From a virus (Duplodnaviria; Caudoviricetes): a DNA stretch of 64,000 bases. The stretch lies in the IMG/VR virus record IMGVR_UViG_3300020434_000055; one strand, 5' to 3'. Under the pieces are notes generated by a model. That model saw only the letters and a program-made list of their open reading frames with translations. It had not been told where the DNA came from and searched no databases. The first letter of the stretch is position 1. Each line of letters starts with the position of its first letter. Shown here piece after piece: positions 55,924-64,000 of this stretch. Both the position numbers and the translations under genes were made by a program.

Positions 55924-56428
55924 ACACCCAAATGAATGGTTAGAGAAAAAAATAAAACCTTTCGACTGGGAAAATTTAGATTCAGAAAAAATTGAACAAG
56001 AAATGGTCTCTATTATGGAGGATAATAAAGGTATAGGTCTGGCGGCAAATCAAGTTGGGTTAGATGCAAGAGTTGTAACAATATTGCCAAAAAATATAAA
56101 AGGAATTACTAAATCTTTTGCAATTATTGATCCTACAATAGAACAAATAAGTCTTAATAAAATTGAAGATGTTGAAGGATGTCTTAGTTTTCCAAAATTA
56201 TGGTTAAAAGTTAGAAGACCAGACAAGGTTACTGTAAAATTTCTTGACAGTAAACAAAAAGAGTGTATAATGGACTTTAGTGGTTATGATGCAAGATGTT
56301 TTCTTCACGAATATGATCATCTGGAAGGAATAACGTTCGTGAGTCCTTTACGAGTTAGCAAATTAAGATTAGATATGGCAATAAAAAGACAACAAAAAAT
56401 AATAAAAGAGGAACAACAAAATGGTTGA
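55910..56428 (+). CDS. def: Peptide deformylase
   Basis: GIGLAANQVG, EGCLSFP, HEYDHLEG. Confidence 0.96.
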   Translation: MELIKHPNEWLEKKIKPFDWENLDSEKIEQEMVSIMEDNKGIGLAANQVGLDARVVTILPKNIKGITKSFAIIDPTIEQISLNKIEDVEGCLSFPKLWLKVRRPDKVTVKFLDSKQKECIMDFSGYDARCFLHEYDHLEGITFVSPLRVSKLRLDMAIKRQQKIIKEEQQNG

Positions 56429-58667
56429 GCCTAGCCAAGAACTCCAATTAGTTTTTGATAAAGCAGTTATAGATGCTAAAAAATTAAAGCATGAATATGT
56501 AACTGTTGAACACTTATTATTTGCAATGCTATGCACTGATAAATTTTCAAATATGATTAAAGGATTCGGTGCAGATGTTGACGATTTAAAAACAGAAGTA
56601 GAAAATTATCTTAAAACTAAATTAAAAACTATAACACTTGAAAATATTTCAAAATATAAACCAAAAAAGACAACAAGTGTAGAAAGAATTCTAAATAGAG
56701 CATTTACCCAAGTATTATTCAGTGGTAGAAGCCATATAGACATCTCAGACGTGTTTCTTAGCATGATGAGTGAAAAGAAAAGCTGGGCTTATTACTTTAT
56801 AATGAAGACCGAAATAAGCAAAGACAAGTTTCAAGACTATCTACACGCCGAAATGGAATCATTATATGAAGATGAAGTTGATCAATCCGCGGCAAAAAGA
56901 GCATTAGGTCTTTATACTACAAATTTAAACAATGAAGTTAAAAAAGAAAGAATAGATCCAGTTATAGGAAGAGTAGAAGAATTAAATTCTATAGCTTTAT
57001 CCTTAGGTAGAAGAACTAAAAATAATGTAATCCTAGTAGGAGATCCAGGTGTAGGAAAAACTGCTATTGCAGAAGGATTAGCATTTAATATTGAAAAGAA
57101 TACTTGTCCTGATTTTTTAAAAGAATATAAAGTGTATAATTTAGACATTGGTGGAATGTTAGCTGGTTCTAAATATAGAGGAGATTTTGAAGAAAGATTT
57201 AAACTTGTATTATCTGCTTTAAAAAAGAAAGGCAAAACAATTTGTTTTATAGATGAAGCACATAATATAAGTGGTGCAGGAGCAGGCGGAACTACAAATA
57301 GTAATGATTTAGCTAATTTATTAAAACCTGTATTAACTAAAGGTGATCTTAAAGTTGTAGCATCAACTACTTGGGAAGATTATAGAAAATATTTTGAAAA
57401 AGACAGAGCTCTAATGAGAAGATTTCAAAGAATTGTAATTGATGAACCAGATAAAGATACTACAGTTAAAATATTACACGGACTTAGAAAATACTATGAA
57501 AATTTTCATAATATTGCAATTACAGATCAAGCAATTAAAGAAGCAGTTAAAACTAGTGTCAAATATCAAACTGATAAAAAATTACCTGACAAAGCAATTG
57601 ATTTAATAGACTTGGCGTGTAGTAGATTTAATCTTAAAGACCCTACTGCTGAAAAAGTAATAGGTCAAGAAGAAATACAATATGAAGTAGCAAAAGCTGT
57701 GAAAATGCCTGTTGAAAACATTCAACAAAAAGAGTCTTCAGCACTTGCTAATTTAGATAAGAATATGAAGAGTGGTGTATTTGGACAAGACAAAGCAATA
57801 GAGTCTGTTATTGATAAAATTATGGTGGCACACGCAGGATTAAAAAGAGAAAACAAACCAATAGGATCATTTGTGTTCATGGGCCCAACAGGTTGTGGTA
57901 AAACAGAAACAGCAAAACAACTTGCAAATCATTTAGGTGTTAAATTAGTCAGATTTGATATGTCAGAGTATCAAGAAAAACACGCAGTATCAAAACTAAT
58001 TGGATCTCCTCCAGGATATGTTGGATTTGAAGAAAATACAGGATTGCTTATAACAAAATTACAAGAACATCCTAATTGCGTATTGCTATTAGATGAAATA
58101 GAAAAAGCACACCCTGATGTTAGTCAAATATTACTTCAAATAATGGATGAAGGAACTGTTATGGGTAATAATGGTAAAGAAGCAGACTGTAAAAATGTTA
58201 CATTAATTTTAACTACTAATTTAGGTGCAGATCAATTAGATAAAAACGTAATGGGATTCACTGACTCCTCATCTACTAGTGAATATGACGATAAAGAAAT
58301 GAAAAAGTTCTTTCCACCAGAATTTAGAAACAGATTAGACGGAACTATTGTATTCCAAAAATTATCAAAAGAAACTCTAATAAAAATTGTTGGTAAGTTT
58401 ATGCTAGAGCTTAGATTGATGTTAAAAGACAAAGATACAGTACTAGAATTAACTGATGAAGCTATTGACTACCTAGTAGACAAAGGATATGATGATAAAA
58501 TGGGTGCTAGACCTATGCAAAGACTAATTGACAATGACATTAAAAGACCTCTATCCAAAGAATTGCTATTTGGTAAGTTAAAAAATGGTGGTAAAGCTAA
58601 AATTGACTCAAAAGATAAGGGTATTACTATCATCTACGAAGAAGCAGTGAAACTAATCAAAAGTTAA
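56421..58667 (+). CDS. clpA: ClpA AAA+ unfoldase
   Basis: Clp N-domain (HEYVTVEHLLFAM), two NBDs (GDPGVGKT, GPTGCGKT), no ClpB coiled coil, KNVMGF ClpP-docking loop, MGARPMQR. Confidence 0.95.
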   Translation: MVEPSQELQLVFDKAVIDAKKLKHEYVTVEHLLFAMLCTDKFSNMIKGFGADVDDLKTEVENYLKTKLKTITLENISKYKPKKTTSVERILNRAFTQVLFSGRSHIDISDVFLSMMSEKKSWAYYFIMKTEISKDKFQDYLHAEMESLYEDEVDQSAAKRALGLYTTNLNNEVKKERIDPVIGRVEELNSIALSLGRRTKNNVILVGDPGVGKTAIAEGLAFNIEKNTCPDFLKEYKVYNLDIGGMLAGSKYRGDFEERFKLVLSALKKKGKTICFIDEAHNISGAGAGGTTNSNDLANLLKPVLTKGDLKVVASTTWEDYRKYFEKDRALMRRFQRIVIDEPDKDTTVKILHGLRKYYENFHNIAITDQAIKEAVKTSVKYQTDKKLPDKAIDLIDLACSRFNLKDPTAEKVIGQEEIQYEVAKAVKMPVENIQQKESSALANLDKNMKSGVFGQDKAIESVIDKIMVAHAGLKRENKPIGSFVFMGPTGCGKTETAKQLANHLGVKLVRFDMSEYQEKHAVSKLIGSPPGYVGFEENTGLLITKLQEHPNCVLLLDEIEKAHPDVSQILLQIMDEGTVMGNNGKEADCKNVTLILTTNLGADQLDKNVMGFTDSSSTSEYDDKEMKKFFPPEFRNRLDGTIVFQKLSKETLIKIVGKFMLELRLMLKDKDTVLELTDEAIDYLVDKGYDDKMGARPMQRLIDNDIKRPLSKELLFGKLKNGGKAKIDSKDKGITIIYEEAVKLIKS

Positions 58668-58694
58668 CCTTAGGGCATATAGATAAATATCTAT

Positions 58695-59045
58695 ATGTCA
58701 GCATCAAGTGAAACAATTATGTCAGCAACTACCCATCCTGGGGATAGTACCGTCGAGACTGTCGAAGGTTCTAGCTTTAAGGGTGATGGTTACTATGGTA
58801 GATCGGACGGTGTTCATACTGTTCAATATAGTATTTCTGGTTTTACAGGAACCATTAAAATGCAAGCCACTTTAGCAACAATACCTACAGCAAGTGACTG
58901 GTTTGATGTTAGTGGAACAGAAATAGTATATGCAAGTACTACAACTACCAATGATTACAAAAATTTTACCGGAAATTTTGTATGGGTGAGGGCACACGTG
59001 GTATATACTGATGGAGACATTAACGCCATTAGTTTAAATCATTAA
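58695..59045 (+). CDS. Conserved late protein
   Basis: KGDGYYGRSDGVHTVQY...NFTGNFVWVRA; late promoter at 58682. Confidence 0.7.
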   Translation: MSASSETIMSATTHPGDSTVETVEGSSFKGDGYYGRSDGVHTVQYSISGFTGTIKMQATLATIPTASDWFDVSGTEIVYASTTTTNDYKNFTGNFVWVRAHVVYTDGDINAISLNH

Positions 59046-59053
59046 GGAGAGTT

Positions 59054-59380
59054 ATGAAAATTAACGAATTTACAACTGTAGACAAACCCAAGTTAGATTT
59101 TAACTTATTAGATGATATACATTATTTCATGATTAATGATTCTAGCTTTTATAGAAAACATTACTTTCCAACAGTAGATAAAGCCAAACAAACAGGCGAC
59201 AATTCAACCTTACAACCTCTGATCGATACAGCAATTAATGAATATTTTAAAACATTTAGATTAAAAATGAGACCTGAAAATGTAATTAAAGATGAAGACA
59301 AACAATCATTAAAACAAAGAATTATAGACAGTGAAAAAGAAGAAGACGATATCGAGAAAGAGCGGAAAGAGAATGAATAA
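59054..59380 (+). CDS. Putative internal head protein
   Basis: N-terminus MKINEF; FYRKHYFP motif. Confidence 0.55.
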   Translation: MKINEFTTVDKPKLDFNLLDDIHYFMINDSSFYRKHYFPTVDKAKQTGDNSTLQPLIDTAINEYFKTFRLKMRPENVIKDEDKQSLKQRIIDSEKEEDDIEKERKENE

Positions 59381-59949
59381 TGAGATTAAAGGAGTTTACT
59401 GAAGCATTATCTAAACCTGCATCTTTCGCCTTTGGTCGAATGAATCCTCCTACCTTAGGACATCAAAAATTAGTTAATACTATCCAATCTCAACCCGGCG
59501 ATCATTTTTTATTTTTAACGCATACTCAAAATGCAAAGACAGATCCTCTAGCATTTGCTGAAAAATTGTTTTTTACTCAACAAATGTTTGCAGGAATTAA
59601 AATAGGTGACCCTAAAGTCAGAACAATAATCCAAGCCATGCAAAAATTAGAACAAATGGGGTATACCGATATCACATATGTGGCTGGTAGCGACAGGGTC
59701 AATGAATTTAGAGAATTATTAAACAAATATAATGGTCAAGAATATACATTTGATTCTATTAAAACCGTAAATGCAGGTACTAGAGACCCTGATTCACAAG
59801 GTGTAGAAGGTATGAGTGCAAGAATGGTAAGAGATTTAGCGGCTAGAGGTGATAAAATTGCTTTTATGAAAGCAATACCAGGTGATAGAAAATTAGCAAC
59901 CATGATGTATGACAAACTTAGAAGTAAATTAAATGTACCAGCAATTTAA
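59380..59949 (+). CDS. Cytidyltransferase-like nucleotidyltransferase (HxGH superfamily)
   Basis: SFAFGRMNPPTLGHQKL, DPLAFAEK, YVAGSDRV, AGTRDPDSQGVEGMSA. Confidence 0.85.
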   Translation: MRLKEFTEALSKPASFAFGRMNPPTLGHQKLVNTIQSQPGDHFLFLTHTQNAKTDPLAFAEKLFFTQQMFAGIKIGDPKVRTIIQAMQKLEQMGYTDITYVAGSDRVNEFRELLNKYNGQEYTFDSIKTVNAGTRDPDSQGVEGMSARMVRDLAARGDKIAFMKAIPGDRKLATMMYDKLRSKLNVPAI

Positions 59950-59960
59950 TAAATATACAT

Positions 59961-60167
59961 ATGGAAATAGCGAAATTAAAAAAATTAGCAGGCATTACGG
60001 ACTCAGAGGCACCCTCAGAAACACAACTTAATATTAGTCATACAGCACAGGCATTAAAAGACAGAGAAAAGGCATTAGGTTTAAGACCCGGTGATCCAGG
60101 CTGGTTTAAATTATGGTTTAGTAGACCATTAATGCAACAAAGTAAAGGATATAAAAGTAGAAAATGA
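59961..60167 (+). CDS. Small late protein
   Basis: MEIAKLKKLAGI...PGDPGWFKLWF. Confidence 0.65.
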   Translation: MEIAKLKKLAGITDSEAPSETQLNISHTAQALKDREKALGLRPGDPGWFKLWFSRPLMQQSKGYKSRK

Positions 60168-62290
60168 ACTTACGTGAATTCATAAAAGATTTTAGAGTTA
60201 ATTCACTAGCTGAATTTAGACAAGTTGTTACTCCACGAGATGAAAAACATTATAGAGAATTAATGAAACATCTTCATGCTATGGAATTAGACCCTGTAAA
60301 TAGAAGTGATCCTGATCTTATGGGAGAAATCCGAAGAAGAAGAATGGAATTAAGAGGCTGGGCTGAAAAAAATATAAAAAGAGAAGATACTGTTAAAGAA
60401 GTTCCAGGAATGACACAATCGGCTAATACACAGGCGGCAGGTGTGAATCATTTAGGATTACCATCAGATGATGTAGTAAAAGAAGATAACGAAGAATTTT
60501 CTTTTGGTCAAATAGCAAAAGCAAAAGCATATGCTAAATTATATGTAGATAATTATACAACCGCTGTAAAAAATATTGAAAGAATTGCAAAAGGATTATC
60601 AAGTCATCCAGATGTTGCTGATGCATTAAGAAAAGCAAACGAAGATGACGAACCACAAATAACAGATTATACAGATGTAGTTTCACCAGAAGAAATGGCA
60701 AAAATATGGTATTATGATGAAAAACACGGTAGAGCTAAAGACTTACAAGCACGATTTAAAACTTGGCAAGATTATTACAAGTCAGATGACTTTGAATTAG
60801 ATTTAGATCATTTAAGAAGTAAATTTGAAGATGACGATAAAGACGAATTAATGAAAAAATTTCTTGCTAAAGGTGGTAAAATTCAAAAATTAAAACCAGG
60901 AATTCCTAAAGGTGCAACTCATATGGATCGAAGAGGGGATTATAAGAAAAGTGACTTTCCTAATGTAAAATTTCAAAATAGAAAAGACGTAGAAAAATCA
61001 AAAAGTAAAGCTCTAAGAAGTACACCTATAACAAGTCCAATGAGTGATGAATCAGTAAAAGAAGATTCTGAAGCAAGTTTATTAGGTGCCGCACAGGCTT
61101 CTTTAAGTCATGGATTAGAACTAGCTGATGCTGTACTTAAAGATGATAATAATATGGCAAAAGTTATATCTTCTACTATTAAAGAAAATTGGCCTCCTTT
61201 AATTGATAAAATTCAAAATGTATATAAAACTGATTCTGCAAAAGAAGAATTATCTAAAATACTAAATTTTGATAAAAAAGATTATGGATTGAAAGAAAGA
61301 ATGCCAGCATCTATTATTAAACATAAACAAAAACTTGATATGATGACTGATAAAGAATTAGCAATCAGATTTCAAGACAAAGATGAAAACACACTACGTC
61401 ATATGGCTTGGAGACATGGTTACGGTAAAATGAGTTCACACTATTGGGATAGAGTTCAAGCAGGTAAACAAGAAACAACTGAAGATTTAGATCATCTAGG
61501 ATTATCAATAAAAAAAGAAGATGATGGCGGTAGAGCTCAACAGGCATACAAATTAGCAAGAGATCAAAAAGTTGATTATGCCAATATAATGTTTCGTGGT
61601 AAAGAAATAGATCATAATAGCATAGACTATGACATGAAGGATTTTAGTGATATGATATTTGAACTACATGGAGCAAAATATATAGATGGCACACCTTTAA
61701 CTGATGAAGAATTAGAAGAATTTGAAAAAACAGATGAACTTCTTGATTGGGTTGCTGAGGATTATGCAACACAAGGAGAATCAGTTAAAGAAGAAGCACC
61801 ATTTGGAACAGGAATGGATTTAGTTAGAATGGCTGTATTTAGAAAATTTATATCAGCAGAAGAATATGTAAATTTTGCAAAAGAATTAAAAACAGCAGGT
61901 GAAGAAGTTGCTAATAGTGAACAGTATGCAGATTGGCCTGATGGAGAAGGCTTTGGTTCATCTGATGGAAACTTTGCAATTAGAGATTTAATGAGTACAG
62001 CAGGATACGAATTTGATGACAATGATACAAGTGGTAGATTTGTTGTAACTAAAATGCCAAAAAAATTACAAAAATTAGGTATAACAAATGCAAGAATGAA
62101 ACAACCTGAATTACCTCTTAAACAAGAAGGGGATAGTGATGGAGTCCAACCTGCTGATTTAAAAAGAATGGGTCTTTCAACTCCTAAAGCATATGTTCAT
62201 AAAGATGGACGAACAGTAATGATTAATAAAAAAGATTTACAAAAATATCTTAAAAAAGGGTGGCAAAAATCTAGTTTAAGAGCAGAGTAA
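60164..62290 (+). CDS. Large modular acidic protein, putative internal head polyprotein
   Basis: MNLREFI N-terminus; unrelated small modules separated by (S/T/V)VKE-type sites. Confidence 0.65.
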   Translation: MNLREFIKDFRVNSLAEFRQVVTPRDEKHYRELMKHLHAMELDPVNRSDPDLMGEIRRRRMELRGWAEKNIKREDTVKEVPGMTQSANTQAAGVNHLGLPSDDVVKEDNEEFSFGQIAKAKAYAKLYVDNYTTAVKNIERIAKGLSSHPDVADALRKANEDDEPQITDYTDVVSPEEMAKIWYYDEKHGRAKDLQARFKTWQDYYKSDDFELDLDHLRSKFEDDDKDELMKKFLAKGGKIQKLKPGIPKGATHMDRRGDYKKSDFPNVKFQNRKDVEKSKSKALRSTPITSPMSDESVKEDSEASLLGAAQASLSHGLELADAVLKDDNNMAKVISSTIKENWPPLIDKIQNVYKTDSAKEELSKILNFDKKDYGLKERMPASIIKHKQKLDMMTDKELAIRFQDKDENTLRHMAWRHGYGKMSSHYWDRVQAGKQETTEDLDHLGLSIKKEDDGGRAQQAYKLARDQKVDYANIMFRGKEIDHNSIDYDMKDFSDMIFELHGAKYIDGTPLTDEELEEFEKTDELLDWVAEDYATQGESVKEEAPFGTGMDLVRMAVFRKFISAEEYVNFAKELKTAGEEVANSEQYADWPDGEGFGSSDGNFAIRDLMSTAGYEFDDNDTSGRFVVTKMPKKLQKLGITNARMKQPELPLKQEGDSDGVQPADLKRMGLSTPKAYVHKDGRTVMINKKDLQKYLKKGWQKSSLRAE

Positions 62291-63231
62291 TGAAAATAAG
62301 ACAATTCTACATAGCATCTGAAGATACTTTAACAAAAGGACAAAAAAAGAAAAAAGAAAAATATGTTAAAGGCATGAAGAAAGGTGCAAAAGATTTCAAA
62401 AAAAGATACGGTGACGACTATAAATCAGTAATGTATGCTACTGCTACAAAAATGGCTAAAGAAAACACAAATGAAAGTCCTATAGAACAAGATAGAGATA
62501 ATCCTATTGCAAAACCATATGTAGATACTCCAGAGTGGAAAGCTCTACACGATATGGATGATAAAATTATTGACGCATACATCAAACATAAAGAAGAATC
62601 AGTTGAAGAAGATCAAATTCCAAGTAATATGCCAGGTGGCATTGGAGACTATGCTAGAGAAATAGCAACAGGCAAACTTGTAAGAATAGTTGACTATACA
62701 GATGATGACGAAGGCATTTACACAATATCTTACGGTGATGGTAAAGGTGAAACAGATGTAGTAGCGAAAGATTTAAAATTTAAGGACCCTACTTCTTATT
62801 GGTCCGATGAAGAAACAACAGAAGGAGCTAATTTAAATCCTTATTTCTTAACTAAAAAAGAATTTGATGGTAAAATGAGAGACGTTTGGGATTTTCCAGA
62901 TGGCTATGGAGATGAAGACGACAGTCCTTATCTTTCAAACTTTTCAATGAGAGATGTATTAAATTCATTAGGTTTAGATCCTAATTTCGAAGATGCAGGA
63001 CCTATTGAAATTAATAAATTTATTAATATTACAACTCAATGGTTAAAGAAAAATATTAATAAACCTTCAGCAGAAGTTCCTACAACAGTTGATAAAAGTG
63101 GGGGCGGTGCTACAATGATAGGTGGTGGAAAACCAGAAGGTTACGAAAATAAAGTCATAATGGGATTCAATCAATTCGCACGTAGTATCAAACAAAAATA
63201 TCCTAAAGTTACGCATATAGGAATTGCGTAA
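62290..63231 (+). CDS. Modular protein, putative internal head protein
   Basis: MKIRQF N-terminus; KKEKYVKGMKK...YGDDYKSVMYATATKMAK module; ESVEE/ETTE linkers. Confidence 0.6.
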   Translation: MKIRQFYIASEDTLTKGQKKKKEKYVKGMKKGAKDFKKRYGDDYKSVMYATATKMAKENTNESPIEQDRDNPIAKPYVDTPEWKALHDMDDKIIDAYIKHKEESVEEDQIPSNMPGGIGDYAREIATGKLVRIVDYTDDDEGIYTISYGDGKGETDVVAKDLKFKDPTSYWSDEETTEGANLNPYFLTKKEFDGKMRDVWDFPDGYGDEDDSPYLSNFSMRDVLNSLGLDPNFEDAGPIEINKFINITTQWLKKNINKPSAEVPTTVDKSGGGATMIGGGKPEGYENKVIMGFNQFARSIKQKYPKVTHIGIA

Positions 63232-63237
63232 AATTCA

Positions 63238-63804
63238 ATGTTACTTACAGAAATAGATGGTCAAGAGCCAGTGAACAAACCAATAGTCTATGTAGATTTG
63301 GATGGTGTATTAGCAGACTTCTTTGGTGGAGTAGAAAAACTATATGGTGTTGATCATTGGAAACAATTAGTATCAGATAAAACTAAAGATCTTAAAATGG
63401 AAGTAATAAACAAAATTCAAGGTACAGATTTTTTTGCAACATTACCTAAATTCCCAACTGCTGATCAATTACTTGCTATTGTTAAAGAATATACAGGGGG
63501 CACATTTTCAATTTTATCATCTCCTTTAAGAGGTGATCACCAAAATTCTGCAAATCATAAAAAGACTTGGATAAGTCAAAATATAGAAGCACCTGCTGAA
63601 ATTATTATTACTGGACGGAAAGAATCATATGCAAAAGACAAAAGAACAGGTACTTCTAATATACTAATTGATGATAGACCTAAAAATCTTGATCGCTTTA
63701 AGGCGTCAGGAGGTTATGGTATTTTATATCAAGCTAATAGAAATCCGGTAAGTAAAGTAAAAATGGAGTTGGAGCAATATGCCAAAATTTACGGGGATCA
63801 ATAG
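63238..63804 (+). CDS. HAD-family 5'(3')-deoxyribonucleotidase-like protein
   Basis: VYVDLDGVLADF, ILSSP, KKTWI, NILIDDRPKNL...GGYGILY. Confidence 0.85.
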   Translation: MLLTEIDGQEPVNKPIVYVDLDGVLADFFGGVEKLYGVDHWKQLVSDKTKDLKMEVINKIQGTDFFATLPKFPTADQLLAIVKEYTGGTFSILSSPLRGDHQNSANHKKTWISQNIEAPAEIIITGRKESYAKDKRTGTSNILIDDRPKNLDRFKASGGYGILYQANRNPVSKVKMELEQYAKIYGDQ

Positions 63805-63949
63805 AGCTTATTCAAGCGGTAAACCTGACAAGAGATCTTCACAAGAAGAACGTGACAGATTAATGAAAGAATTCCTTGCCAAAGGTGGCAAAATACAAAA
63901 AATTAAATCTAAGATAACAAAACAAATGTTAGATAGAGGTAAATTATAA
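63779..63949 (+). CDS. Small protein with SutA-like RNAP-binding motif; not in the ORF track
   Basis: GGAG SD; MPKFTGINRAYSSGKPDKRSSQEERDRLMKEFLAKGGKIQKIKSKITKQMLDRGKL*. Confidence 0.65.
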   Translation: MPKFTGINRAYSSGKPDKRSSQEERDRLMKEFLAKGGKIQKIKSKITKQMLDRGKL

Positions 63950-64000
63950 TGAAAATTGTTGAAATTATAGCATTACCTTTAAACGATTCAAGGGCAAAAA
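63949..64000 (+). CDS. Start of next late gene (truncated)
   Basis: TAATG coupling; MKIVEIIALPLNDSRAK..., same N-terminal motif as neighbours. Confidence 0.55.
   Translation, partial: MKIVEIIALPLNDSRAK

Noticed and set aside
951-62022. Many minus-strand ORFs in the track nested in long plus-strand genes (e.g. 9013-9387, 17922-18323, 19094-19489, 35750-36088)
   Set aside because: Antisense shadows with no SD or promoter and no recognisable motifs; expected from plus-strand codon bias.
1-64000. Alternative genetic code (stop-codon reassignment) as in some jumbo phages
   Set aside because: Conserved genes (nrdB, ligase, purF, clpA) are full length in code 11. TAA, TAG and TGA all end genes, and the two breaks seen are local frameshifts.

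Overview
An AT-rich, densely coding, almost entirely plus-strand 64 kb segment of a large T4-like/jumbo myovirus genome. The host is probably a marine alphaproteobacterium such as SAR11. This is inferred from an alphaproteobacterial-type two-piece tmRNA, DUF1178, an RT0821-type lipoprotein and an HO-PcyX cassette. Contents in order: (1) nrdA/nrdB/glutaredoxin and small nucleotide genes; (2) an Hc1-like basic protein, CspA and a circularly permuted tmRNA with an unusual 23-codon tag; (3) a glucosaminidase and lipoproteins; (4) hsp20 with a ROSE-like thermometer, clpS, heme oxygenase and a PcyX-like bilin reductase; (5) two HEXXH proteases, ribosomal protein bS21 and a lysine-dehydrogenase/ALDH7/hydroxylase operon; (6) AAA ATPase, DNA ligase, glycosyltransferases and IscA; (7) a long baseplate/tail-fibre block with a subtilase; (8) a DnaE fragment, GroES, clamp loader, purF, thyX, SET and parvulin; (9) a lysis module; (10) dnaJ-def-clpA; (11) a late cluster of probable capsid-internal proteins with a shared N-terminal motif, polyprotein-like cleavage sites and SutA-like RNAP-binding motifs. 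The most striking system-level signal is a near-complete phage-encoded translation-rescue and proteostasis kit. All assignments come from motif recognition by eye; no database search was run.
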